Shown piece after piece: positions 1-12,699 of a stretch of 64,000 nucleotides of DNA. Every line of letters starts with the position of its first letter. The stretch's first letter is position 1. Origin of the DNA: Camelus dromedarius (Eukaryota); contig NC_087447.1 in the NCBI RefSeq assembly GCF_036321535.1, positions 35,714,001 through 35,778,000 on the forward strand. The letters run 5' to 3'. A model generated the notes under the pieces. It was not told the origin of the DNA. It worked only from the letters and a program-made list of their open reading frames with translations, and ran no database searches. Both the position numbers and the translations under genes were made by a program.

Positions 1-800
1 TAGAGCCTTGTGGGCATTGCCAGGACTTTGGATTTTAGTTTGGGTGAAATGAGAAGCCTAGAAGAGTTCTGAGCAGGAAGATCTAACTTGCATTTTAAAA
101 AGGACTCCTTTAGCTGCTGTGCTGAGAACATACGGGTGGGGAGGTAGGGTAGGGGAGGTAGGGCATCTGGATGGGATCCTTAGGTGAGGTTGGCTCTGGA
201 AGAAGCTGTCCCTGGTCTGAAAGGTAGTGCTACAAGTTCTGCCTGACTAGTAAAGTCAAATCCAGGATTCACACAGGAAGGCCAAGGGGGTCATCTGGTC
301 AACCATCTTGGCGACTTCAGGAAAAAAATTAGGAAGTGTTTTCTTTAACGCTTTATCTTGCACAAGGCTTCTAGGGTACTCCAGGTGAGACGATTGCAGC
401 TTGGTCTGCAGTGGTAGCGATGGAGAGAGTAAGAAATAGTCAGCTTCTTGATATAGTATTTGAAAGTAGAACCAGTCAATAGGCTCTCATGACAGATTGG
501 ATGTGGGAATTGAGAGGAGAGACAAAGAGAAGATTCAAAGATATTGTCAAAGTTTTGCCTGAGCCATGTGAATGATGGAATTGCCACAAGCTGAGATGGG
601 AAAGGTTATACATAAAGCAGATTTGTGGGAGAGGATCAGGAATTCAGTTTTGGGTAGTTTAAGTTTGGGAAATCTATTGGATAGCCAAGTGATATCAAAC
701 AGGCTGATAGACATAAGTTTGGAGTTTAGTTGAGAAACCTGGGCAGAAGATAGAAATTTGATAGCCATCAGCATTTACGTGGTATTTAAAGCAAGACTGA
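1..800 (-). mobile_element. L2 LINE relic, interrupted at about 161-347
   Basis: Resembles recalled L2 consensus (tccaggtgagacgat, ttggatgtggg, ctgagatgggaaag). Confidence 0.75.
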
Positions 801-3800
801 AACACAAACATTGATGTTTTTGACACATGGGACTGTTTTGTCCTTCCCTCTGAACAGACCCATTTTCCTTGTGCACATGAAACATTTCCATCTGGTTTCT
901 GAGGGGTGAGTCCTCATCCCACTATGTCTATGTGAAGTCTAAAAGATTGCATTGACTTAGCTGACTTAAAATCTCAAGCTCATTGGGTTTATCACCCGAC
1001 TTGGATCTCTACAACAAAAGTCACTGCGTTATTCACCAGTCCCTCCTCCCAGGATGCAGCTTGGAAAAAGTGGGTAGCATCCCGACACTGCGCTCTTTCT
1101 ACATCATACCAGGAGATGCTACACCAGTTTGATCTAGCCATCTTTCTTCCTCTTCCTCCATTTTCAATTTTTGGTAGGTTGGTGTCAGATAAGGAAATTC
1201 TTGGTGTGGACTTCAAAACATTATATGCCTAGAGAGTTTTAGATGGAGTTCTTAAGTTGAGAGTAATAGGATTTTAAGGTCAGTCCTGTAGATTATGCTC
1301 TCAGAGGCAGGAGGCAAGTGTAGATACCTAAGATGCCACTTCCACTACAGCCCCTCAACACAGGGATTTGGGATGGGTCCTGGAGGGAGGTGTTCTCTCT
1401 TCTTGTCTGCTGACTATTCTGTGTCCATTTTAAGGATGAGGACTAGACTGTCAGGGGTGTGGCATGTGAAAGAGATGGGACTGGGGAGTCAGGGTGTGAT
1501 AAAGTGGCTGATGTGTGGACGCCATGCCCTATCACTCTGGTGTATGGATTTGAGGCCTCACACAGGGCTAGAACACCTCTAGGAGCCCCACCTAGTTCCT
1601 CTCTATGAACCCTCTGCCCTTTCCCTCCTCTGAGTTCTCGCTTCTCTCTCCTCTCAGGCCCTGGTTCTCTCTGCCACCTCTTCCCTCACCCAGGCAGGGA
1701 GGGGGCCAGCTCAGGGCCCTATGACTCAGGCACAGGGTGGGGGAGAATGTTTTGGATGCCGCTCTGCTGACGCTGGTGCCCTCTGTTCTTACATCCTCCT
1801 TAATTTACTGCCTGAGGAGGGGGCCAGGGCTCTGGAGAGGGGATTAGATGGTCCACACTGATCTGAGGCAACAGCTGCTGGGCTGGCGGCCGAGGAGCGA
1901 GGAGTGAGCAGGAGGTGGGGGAGGCTCATGCCTCCACCAGGCCGGAAAGGGACTAGGCGGGCATCTGGATGGGGCCCCTAGATGAGGTTGGCTCTGGAAG
2001 GAGCTGCCCTCGGTCTGAAGGGTAGGGCTTCAAGGTATGCCTGACCAGTAAAGTCAAATCCAAGAATCACACAGTAAGGCCAAGGGGGCCATCTGGTCAA
2101 CCATCTTGCCAGCTTTCTGGAGAAAACTAGGAAGTTTTTTCTTTAGCTTCCTGCAACCCAGGAAGGGGAAGATTGGCTCTGGGGCCTAAAAGGCCACCTT
2201 ATCAAGCCCCAAGTTGCCACATAATTGTGGGAGAGGCTCCCTAAAGTCAAGGCTGCCCCACATCAGTTGTAGTAATCTCTTACAAAGAGAGAAATCTCTT
2301 CTCCCTCACTCACCTTCCACTCGCTTGTTCCTTACAAGGCAGAAGGCAAATTCCCATCTGACAAACAGAGAACTGAGACCTACAGAAGTTTAAGGCCTTG
2401 TTCCAGGTCACACTTGGTGTCAGTCGTGTGGCTGTGATTAGAGCTCACTGCTCTTAACAAAATCAGTCTGCATCTTGACTACCAGGGTACACTTGTTGAC
2501 ATTTAGCACAGGAGTCTGGCCTCTTACCTTCCTTCTAGTCCCTAATTCCACATGATAGCCTTGTCTAATGGAAAATGGCCCAGGCATGGAAGTCATAAAC
2601 CTGGACTCTTTGAATCAATTAATGTCTCCTTTGAAGGACTTGGTTTTCCCAACTGTATAATGGACAATATCTTGAATAGCCCTATGACTATCCTTAAAAG
2701 CCTAACAGAGTATTGCCTTAGTCAGCCAAAGGACAGGAGGGGCTCGGGGGTCATTAAAAAAGTAAAGATTTGGATCTGGAGTTGAAATATCTAGGATCAA
2801 CTATAATCTCTGCTACTTCTTACTATTTGTAGTAAGTTTTCCCCATTTTTGAATTCAATTACTTCATCTTCTGTAGTCCAGGGATAATGACATACCTACC
2901 ACAAATGGCTGTTATGAGAATTGAAAGAGATCATCTATTCTAAAAGCCAAACATTATTCTTGGTGTCCAGTAAATGTTAGATAAATTATAGAAAGAGCAA
3001 TAACACTAGTAGTTTTCGGGTGTTGCTCATTGCTTGCTGATACAGGTAGCCACTGAGACTGGGCCAAGAGATCCTGAGCTAGTAAATAGCTTAGGGCATT
3101 GGGTCTCACCCCTGGTGGACCAATCAGGATCACTGTTTGGGAGACTGATGCTTAACAAGGTTCCTAGGTGACCTTGAGGATCACCCAAGGTTGGTAATCA
3201 CTATCTTAGGGGACCTGCTTTGATGATTGGATAATTGACATATCAGTTGTTTGTAAGTAAACAGGTGCTCATCTATTTAATAGTTTAAACACTTTCCCCA
3301 ATTGGCACTTCCACTACTAATTAACTCCTAACGAGCCCTTCCTTCCCTGGGTCATGAGCAGGAATTCCCCACTGGGGGTTCCCAATTAATGAGGTTTACC
3401 GGGCTTGGGGGCCTCTGGGAAGCAGGCAGGACTAATTATGCTCTAGCCCCCCAACCCCCTGGCCAAATCCTCTCTCTGTCCTTCATCAATCTTGTCCTGG
3501 TCTCCAGCTGGCTTGCATTAGCTCTGGTTTTCCAGCCCCCATGGTTGCGGCTGTAGCTGAGAGATTGAGCCAGTCCAGGCTGGATGGATCTGTCACCCGA
3601 TCCTGGGTCTGTGCTGCAGCCAGTCCTGGAATCTGGGGCAACGTGATCCTGCCCTGCGGGAGCCCCTAGCCAGGCTGGGGACGCCATGGCGGGGCTCAGA
3701 AAATCCCAGCTATCCAGGGACCTCTGTCTTAGCCCCCAAGGATCATATCCACTGATCCTCAGAGCACCTCCTCCTGTCTAAGCCCCCTCACCCTAAAGAA

Positions 3801-6800
3801 TCGGAAATGGGGGCCCAGAGACACGAGGCATCTGCCCAAGGTCACACAGCCTGTCCTCAGCAGAGCTTGTCCTAGAACTCTGATCTCTCTGCTCCCAGCC
3901 CAGGCTCTTTCCTTGGTTCCTCCTGGAGAAGTTCTGCAGACCTATCATCTAGGTTTTGGGGTCTGGTATGGGGGCTCCTGTCCATCTCCAGATCCCAGGC
4001 AGAGGAGATCAGGAGAGGGAAGTTTTTGAATCAAAGCATATGATCCTTTTAACCCAGATTAAAGACGTTTGATTTTAGGTCATTTGAATTTGGATATTTG
4101 AGGAGTAGAAGGAATAAAAATATGGTAATAACTGAAACAAGGGCAACAAATCAGTTTTTAAAATGTCTTTTATAGACATGGCACTTTCTAGCACAACTGA
4201 GGAACATAGATGGATAAATTTGACACACAAGAACCCTCACTTCCGGAATCTGAGTTTGCTTATGATCATGTTCACCCAAAGGCATTACTTCACCCAAAGA
4301 CATGGAAACCCAGACTATGAAACAGAAAAATGTATAGAGGCAAGCTTGCACTTTTTCTTTAGTAGTTGAGAGAAAAATCAAGATAGTTTTCTGAAGACTG
4401 TTCTTTCCCACACAATTCCATTTTTTTAAGACCTTGGATTTTACATATCTCACTCAGACCTGACTCCCTGATACCCCCTAAATGGTTTGAACCGTATCTC
4501 TAGCACAGGAAGTGGTTCTGTTCAGGTTCTGAGGGTGAGGCCACAGAGGCCATAAAGCTATCCAGTCTTGGCCTTCAAAGTGCCAGGATGTCAGGCAGCT
4601 CTTGTCCAGAGAAGGTGACCTTAGAGACAGCCTGGGGCTTGCAGGCGGCTGAGGGTGTGGGAAATGTGCCCACCCTTTGGTCAGAGCTGTCGTGTGTTGA
4701 GAAAGAATTTACTATGTCCCAAAGGCTTTGCACACTACGGTTTTATAAGGTAAATGGTTTTATCTCTATTATACACCTGAGGCGTAGAGCAGTCAGGTGG
4801 CACACCTAAGGTCACTAATTTACTAAATGGCAGAGCCAGGATTTGAATCCAAATTTGTAGGATTCAGAAGTCAGTTAAGTTTTTCTTCAATGCCTTTTGG
4901 GTAGAAGTGTGAAATACTACATACTTTCAGCTTGGGGGAGGTAAACTGGTTCACTTTTCTTTTTCCTTTTGAGTTCGTTTCCCTGTCGTTCTCCCTTAGA
5001 GTTTATAAAATTGTGCCCGCCCTTTGGTAAAAAACTGTTCAGGAAGGCTGCAGTCAGTGGTAGCTGGTGGTATCTGCACCACAAGTGCCGGGCCCCCCTC
5101 TGAGGTCCGCCACAGCTGTGCAGGACAGACCTATGTGAGCTCAGACTGATTCTTGAGGTCCTCCTTCAAGCAGAGCCAGAGTCTTTCTGATGCTGATTCA
5201 GGGGTTTTCCCCACACCACAGGAGCCTGCTCACAGCCTGCAAATGCCACCTGGAAGCACAAGGGACTTAACCTTCCCCGGGAACAATTTTCAATAAGTGA
5301 GGGGGGAAGACAGTGCCCAGACCCCAGTTATCATCTGTCAGGTGGACACTTCTGGGAGACGTCTGTCCACTTCTCAGAGGTTCCAGTGGAATCGAGCTCC
5401 CTATGCCCACAGACCTCAAGGAAACATGACCTCCTCTTGGCCTTTCCTATTTCCCTGGTTCACTCTTCCTACTCTTACTTCTGCTTCCTGGGGTTGAAGT
5501 CTGAGCAAACCATCTCCATCAAATCCTTGGCTTGCTTGCTCTGCTTTCAGGGTGACCCAAACCAACATGGTGTGGTGCCTGGAAGGCTGTGTGAATTGGG
5601 AGCAGCACCTTGGGGGTGTGTGTTGGTGGGGGGGCAATACGTGGTGACAGAGTAGGAAACAACTTTGATCAGAAAGAAAACTTGGAGGCACACAGCAACC
5701 AGGACCTCCTTTGCCTTCCATGGAGATTCTCCATATATAAAATTCCGGGAGTGCCTTAAGTTTCTGTCCAAATGGGAGGCATCACCTGTGGATGACAGAG
5801 ACATATGATTTCTTGAATTTGTGGCAGTGAGTAGGGCCATTACTCAGTGGGGGTGGTTTAGGATGAGGTGGTTCCTGTCTCTAATTAGGGATGTCCCCGA
5901 CCCTTGGTGGTGTCTTCTCCAGACTGTAACCAGTGGGGCTGTCTCAGGTAGGTCACTACCTGGCCAACAGCTTCAATGGGCCAGTTTCATTGGTCAGAGG
6001 CTGGATCTTGTATGGGGTGGGGAACTGTTTCACCTGGTAGTATCTTTGGAGCTGATATCCAGCCGAATCCTAAGCCTCTGTATAAAAACAAAGGGGAGAA
6101 TTTAACCAGCTAGAAAAATCAATTTAAATGCTTACAGAGAAACAGTAAGGCCTGACACTGCCGCCTCATTTTCACGAGGTGAGTCACTGAAACGGTTGAC
6201 CTCATGGCTAATCTATGAGTAAAAGCGCGCTGGCAGCTACTGCTGGCACGGTAATGGCCTCAGACCTGTTTCCTGGAACCCTGGCGCCAGTCAGAGCCCA
6301 GAGTGGCCTTTCGCCATTAGAAAGTCAGATTACCTCTCCAAGGAGCGAGTTCCCAGCTCAAAGCAGCAAGTCTAGCTGTGACTCCTTGATTGGGCAGTTT
6401 CACTGACTGGTGCTCTTTTCAAAGTTACTGATTGGCCAGTTCCACCACCCACTCCTCGCAATATGCAGCTTTCATTGGTAGAGTCCACCATATGCTTGCC
6501 AAAGATCTTGTTCTCTGGTTGGTAAGTCCCACCAGCCAGTCCCCTGAAACGACTCTGCTCTCACACACCTTCCAAATGATTTCTATTTAAAGGCTAATTC
6601 CTGCTATGATCATCTCAATTTATGCTCTCATAAGCCTACCTTAAATATGCCTGCTTCATGCCTCTTCCCTGTCCTGTAAGGTGAAGAACACAGGTTTGGA
6701 GCTGGGTGAGAGCTGGGTTTGAATCCCAGCCCAGACACTTACAAGCTTCATCACTATAGGCAAGCTATTTAACATTTGTGTGCCCCAATTTTCATAGCTA

Positions 6801-7289
6801 AGAACACGACAGTTAGATGGGTTCAAATACAGCTTTATTGCTTGCTGGCTGCATGATTTCAAATGGGTTACTTAACTTTTCTGAACCTCACTTTCCTCAG
6901 ATATAAAATAGGGGGTAGTTATATTACATACTGTCTATGTGTTGTGATGATTAAATGAGATAATGAATGTAAAGTACTTGGCACGTAGTAAGTTCTCAGT
7001 AAATGTCAGTTATTTCTGTTGTGCATTTAGAGGGAAGAGAACTTGCAGAATGATAAAGACCCAGTCCTGTCTGGAAATGGCTAAGGATTCAGTCCAAAAA
7101 TCAAGCAGTATACACACCTGGGTGTTGGTCAGTGACCTCATGGATGCAGTTCTTACCTTCCTGGGTGAGGACAACCCCTGTGGCTGGTCCTGTCTGGGCC
7201 TGTCCCTCCTGAGGTGCAAGCAGAGGTTTCATGTGTAAGCTAGAGTCCCGGGAGGGGGAGGGGGAGGTAGAAGAACATTGCATTAAGAC

Positions 7290-10110
7290 CAGTGGCTCTG
7301 AGAGAACCATGTGAATCAGAAAATGGCAAGTGTATTGACTGTGGCCATTAAATATGCTGACGCATTTAAAAATGAACATAAAAGCCTTAGCAAAGGAGGA
7401 AATGCATATTCACACAGGATTCAAACACAGGATAAAGGATCTGGATTCAAACACACAACTAGAGTATCATGACGTGCAAAACAGTTATAACAACAGAGGA
7501 AGTAAAATGGAAGGTGTATTAAAGTATATCTTCGCAGTATTCCACTAATACAATTTTCGGTCAATGGCCCAGTAACACTTAATAACCATCCTCCTAGCCT
7601 TTACTTGGTTAAGCAGCTGCAAGAGCAAAATGCACTGTGCTGATAATAATTAAAACACTAGTGGGTTAAAAAGAAGCGGGGTTGGGAGGAGTATAGAAAA
7701 TTGCTGTATTGGTCAAATTCAGCTTTTGGGATTTAGACTTTGTCAAAGAATGTTTCACCTGCATTTATTAACTCTAAAAAACTTCAGGTTCGGTTATTCT
7801 ATACAATTATTTTCATCTTCAAAAATAATATACATATATCTGGTCAGTATATTGGGAGGCCCCGTGTGAGCTGATCATTTTCTGCTCTTTGCCAGAAGAA
7901 TCTGTAAGCTTGTGTGAACATTGACAAGGGTAGACTGCTGTGTCAGACTTGGCTGCTTGTTAGCTGAAAGTGTATGGACAGCTGTCAGAATCATGTGTCA
8001 GGGATCATAGAAGTATATTTAATACTTCTTGATATAGTTTTCTCTTCTAAGTGGTTTGCATTTGTGCCCTATAGCATTTCCACCATCAACCTTCAGGCTG
8101 TGGGCCTGGAGTGGGAAAGGAGGAGGAGATGATGGAAGAGCAGCCCTGTCCAGGGGGAGGGGAAGCTGAGAGCTCTTCAGTTGCTTAGAAAAGATGACAC
8201 AAGATCAGGTGCTGCCTTAGGCCAGGGATACAGGGGAGAAGGAAGATGAAAGATGTCCCAATGGAAATACTCACTCCTAACAACTTCAGGAAATGCCACA
8301 GGCATCAATGTCATTACTACATTTTTTCCCAGCCTCACCCTCTTGTTGCGAGATGTGTCTAGACTGGTAGCCTGAAGTAGTCTTCCTCTGTTATGGAAGA
8401 GATTCAGAAGCATCTGCCTGACTATGGCAAACAGAGAAGGTGGCTGAGGATTGGGAATCAGTGGCCGTGGTGTGGAAGCACAAGGCACCCCCATTGCGTA
8501 GAGATACGAAGACTCCCATGACAAGAGGCTGCAGGTAGCAAACTGAAGCTGGGGGGGTCCAGATGGGAGTTGTAGCTGAGTCTCAGAACATCAGCGGCTG
8601 GAGCAGAAGCCCAAGGACGGGGTGAGAGGGCCATCTCCTAGGAAGTCATCACCAAGCGATTTGCTTGTGCTGAGAGCACAGACTGCCAGCTCTTCAGCTG
8701 TAGATTCCTCAGCAAGGGATGAGGGAGGACAGAGGCTCATGTCCAGAAACCAGGTGGGTTGAGCTCCCCCTTCCCCAAGTGAGCAGAAGCCATATGCTCA
8801 GACCAGAAGTCCCTCTCCCTCCCAGTGCCCCTGTAGCACTCAGGGAACAGGGAAGGAGGGGTGAGTGGGGAGTGACTCGAAGGACTGAATAACTACTGCA
8901 GAGAGAATTTATGCACAGGCTTTTTTTTTCTTTTTTGCTTTTGCCCCCCGGTTTTATTGAGGTATAATTGGCATACAGCATTGTGAAATTTTAAGGTGAA
9001 CAGCATGATTTGATTTACATGTGTCATGATATGTTCAGGTTATTTTAACTAGAAGTGTTGGAGTACAATTTTCCCCCCACCTGCTTATTGTTTGGAGACT
9101 TTGAAACAAGATAAAAGATATTTAGAGAATATCGAAGTATATTTTCTTGCATATCTGAACTATAATGCATAAACTGTAATCCAGTCTCCAAAGTATACGG
9201 TGGCCAGTGGCATTGTCTTCAAGGCTATGTAAAAAGCAACTGTTTTAAATCACATTTCCCACATTGTGAAACTCACTTGGTTGAAAGAATAATACTTTAA
9301 ACATTTTTGTGTCATCTGCTCTAGAGCATATGATGGTTCTCTGATCTGCAGATTCTTTAGAGGAAAGGATTATAGTTCACCATTTTTCATCCTGTAATTG
9401 ATACACTAACTGCCTATCAAGACCCAATATTTCAGAGGCAAAGTATTGCTTTGTTTGCAAGTCTTACTCCAAACCCATTAAAAATGGGTGAAAAATCCAG
9501 TGCTGTAGACACACCAACAAGGTAAAAGAACTTCTCAAGTGACCCTTCAGAAGTTTTATTAATGCTTCTTTGTGTAAAAATCATTAAGTGCTAAACAGGC
9601 AAAAAATTAAGACTGAATTTGCTGGGATGGTTACAATGAAATATTACCAGTTAGAAGCTCACTTTTCTGAAGTGTGTTCCACATTTTGAATAACTTCTAT
9701 CACTTATGACTTTGGCAGAATGTTCTTTCTCCAAATTAAAAATAATTCAAGACCCTTTAAGGGACTAAGGGAGGCAGCACCATTTGTGCACGTAGCACAG
9801 CTTGTCAGAAAGGCCCATATAGCTGAACTCAGTCGTCACAAAATCAGAGCGTACTTTGTAACTTGTATAAAGTTCTTCATAGCAACAGAATGTTGTTTGA
9901 TTGCTATATTGTCAAGATTCGTTTTACATTTTCAGGTTTTTTTTTTATGAGGTGTATTTTTGTTTTAACCAATTAACCAATAAAAGTATTGGTTATTAGT
10001 AAAAATTATGTGTCTAGTATTTCCAATAAGTCTTTTTTATAGTGCTCAGTCCTGGGGTCTGTTTTTCCTACTGGAAGGTCTTATTATTTCCCAAATATCT
10101 GCCTGGAATT
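7290..10110 (+). mobile_element. Decayed hAT transposase (Tip100/Zaphod-like), split by later insertions; ends approximate
   Basis: HCADNN* at 7633 resembles HCxxHxLNL; AECSFSKLKIIQDPLR at 9715 resembles the hAT dimerisation motif AERSFSKLKxIKxxLR. Confidence 0.75.
8085..8920. mobile_element. Probable ancient LTR-like insertion inside the hAT relic
   Basis: GC-richer block with sharp compositional edges; family not identified. Confidence 0.35.
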
Positions 10111-10304
10111 CCTACTCCTGGAGTCTATGGGTTAAGGCAGCTGCTTTATGAAATGTATTCCCCTGGGTGGTGGGGACAACACAAGAGAGAATCTGACAGG
10201 AGAGGCAGGCAGGAGACAGCCACAGACACACAGAAATGCTCTTTCTGAGGCTTTACAGTGTGCCGGGCACAGGGCCAAGCTCTTATGAGTATATCAGTGC
10301 TTTA

Positions 10305-11465
10305 AAAAAAGACATTTTATTGAAGTAAAATATACATAAAGAAAAATGCACAGAGATATATGGCTTTATGAATTTTCATAAAATGAACATACCCATGTAT
10401 TTAGCTCCCAAATTGAGGAGAAACGCTGCAGAAAACTCCTAGTGTCACCCCCCGCCCCACCCCAGTCACTCCGACTCTCCCAAGGGAAAGTACTATCCAG
10501 ACTTCTAGCATCATTGGTTAATTTTGTCTGTTTAAAAAATTTTTTTATTTTAAAATAATCTTAGACTCATAAGAAGTTGCAAAAGTAGTACAGAGAGTTT
10601 CTGCATATCCTTTTCCCAGCTTCCCCCAATAACATAGTCCAGAACGATAGTACATTATAAAACCAGCAAATTGTCATCAGTACAATAATAGTAACTTAGT
10701 TACAGATCTTAGTCAGCTTTCACCAGTTTTTACGTACACTTTTTTGGGGTGCATAGTTCTATAAAATGTTATCACATACATAGATTCATATAATCACCAC
10801 CACAATCAGGATACAGAAATATTTCATCACTGAAGAAAGTTTTGCCTGGTTTTGAGTTTTATCTAAATGGTACTATGCTTTTATTTCTGGCCTCTTTCAT
10901 TGAATATTATGTTTGCAAGATTTATTCTTGTTGCTGTGTGTAGGTGTAATTTGTTTATGCTCATGGTCGTCTTCTGTTGTATGCATATCTCACAACTTAT
11001 TTACCCGTTCTACTGTTGGTAGACATTTTTGGTAGTTTTACATTTTTTTTGTCTGTTATGAATGGTGCTGTTTTGAACATTTGGTTTCTCTCTGGGTGAA
11101 TATATGTAAGCATTTCTGCTAGGAATATATTGAGGAGGGAATTACTGAGTCTAAGGCTGTGCATATGTTTATCTTTGATACATACTGCAAATCAATTTTC
11201 CAAAGTGGTTCTACCAATTTACATTTCCATTAGCAGTTCACAGAGCCCTAGCTTTCACATCCTTACCAAATCTTGGTATTTTCTGTCTTCCTTTTAGTCA
11301 TGCAATGGAATGATATGCTATTTTGTGATGGGTTTAATTTGCATTTCCCTGATGACTAGTGAAGTTTAGCACCATTTCATACATTTATTGGCCACTTGGA
11401 AGTTTTTTTTTGTTTTTGTTTTTGTTTTTTTTGAGAAGTTCCTGTTCAAGTCTTCAGTGCTTTTT
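10305..11465 (-). mobile_element. Old L1 3' fragments
   Basis: Antisense L1 3' motifs (ttttccaaagtggtt, tttgcatttccctgatgacta). Confidence 0.8.
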
Positions 11466-12699
11466 TAAAAAATTACTTTGTTCTGTTGAGCAGACACACA
11501 CTATGTGGCACCTTTGTCGTATATATGTGTGGCTGCTTACATACATCTGTTTTATTCTTCACAACAACCCTCTGTGAGGTGAGGGGTCTGAACTCAGGAC
11601 TCCTGCCTTTCAGAGCTGCTCAACAGGTACCTGGCCTGAGACTGGCTGAAAGCTAGGAAACTTCTGTCACTGGAGTTAGTTAATCCTGTAGGCTTTGTAG
11701 TCTGACAGATCTGCATTTGAGCCTGCTGTGTGGTTTAGAACAAGTTGGCTGACTTCTCTGAGCCTGTATAAATAATGAGAATAAGAATAACATTGTGGCT
11801 CAGGAGTTCAGGAGTTGAGAGGCTTAGACAATTAAATGTTTATCGTTGCTGTTGTTGTTGTTACTATCTATTATCTTAAGTATGATGAAGAAAAGGCCAA
11901 GGTGATTCCACTGCATCCATTAGTGCCTTGTTCCCACCCTCCTGCCCTCTGCTACTCCTATCTCCCTGGGGAAGCGCTAGTTAACATCCTTATAGGACAG
12001 GGGAATGGAAAAGGTCTTGAAGGTCTGCCTCCTAAGGGGAGCCAGTGCTTTCCATTTTCCTCAAGGCTTCTGCTTTCCCCAGAGCCTCCCCTCTTTCCTG
12101 AGACCATCTCTAGCCTTCCCCTGGGGAACTTATTAAGTATATGCAATTCCAAAGAAGGCTTGAGATGTGGGAGCAAGAGCAAGGCGTGGCCCTCAGAAAA
12201 CCCTGGTTCTTAGGCTTCGCTAAGCAGGTCATGTAATTGAGCAATCTTGGATGAGCTGCTCTCCTTCCCTGAGCCACACATTCTCACCCCCGTTGGCATG
12301 GAATCATTCCATCATGTCTCCAAGTTTCCTCGGCACTCATATTCTGTAACTTTTTAATGAGATGTGACACCAATGACTCTAGGGTAGGTGCTTAGAGGAC
12401 CTGCAGAGAAGGCTTACCCCACTCTTGAGACCTATCCTCTCTCAGAGAAAATGAGATAGGCTGGTCACTGTTCTTTCTTAGTTGTCCCAAGAAAAGTTTC
12501 CAAAATACAGAAATAACTTTATGCACAAAGACGTTCACCACAGTATTGCTTATGCCAGTGAAAACACCCAGTTTGGAAATAATTGCTCTGTCTATGCTCC
12601 ATTTAGGGGCAGCCTGATCACCCTGGTCCTCAGGACCCTAGATTCAGCACAGAGAAATCTAATGTAGACTTGGTTTCAAGATGACAGCCACAATACTTG

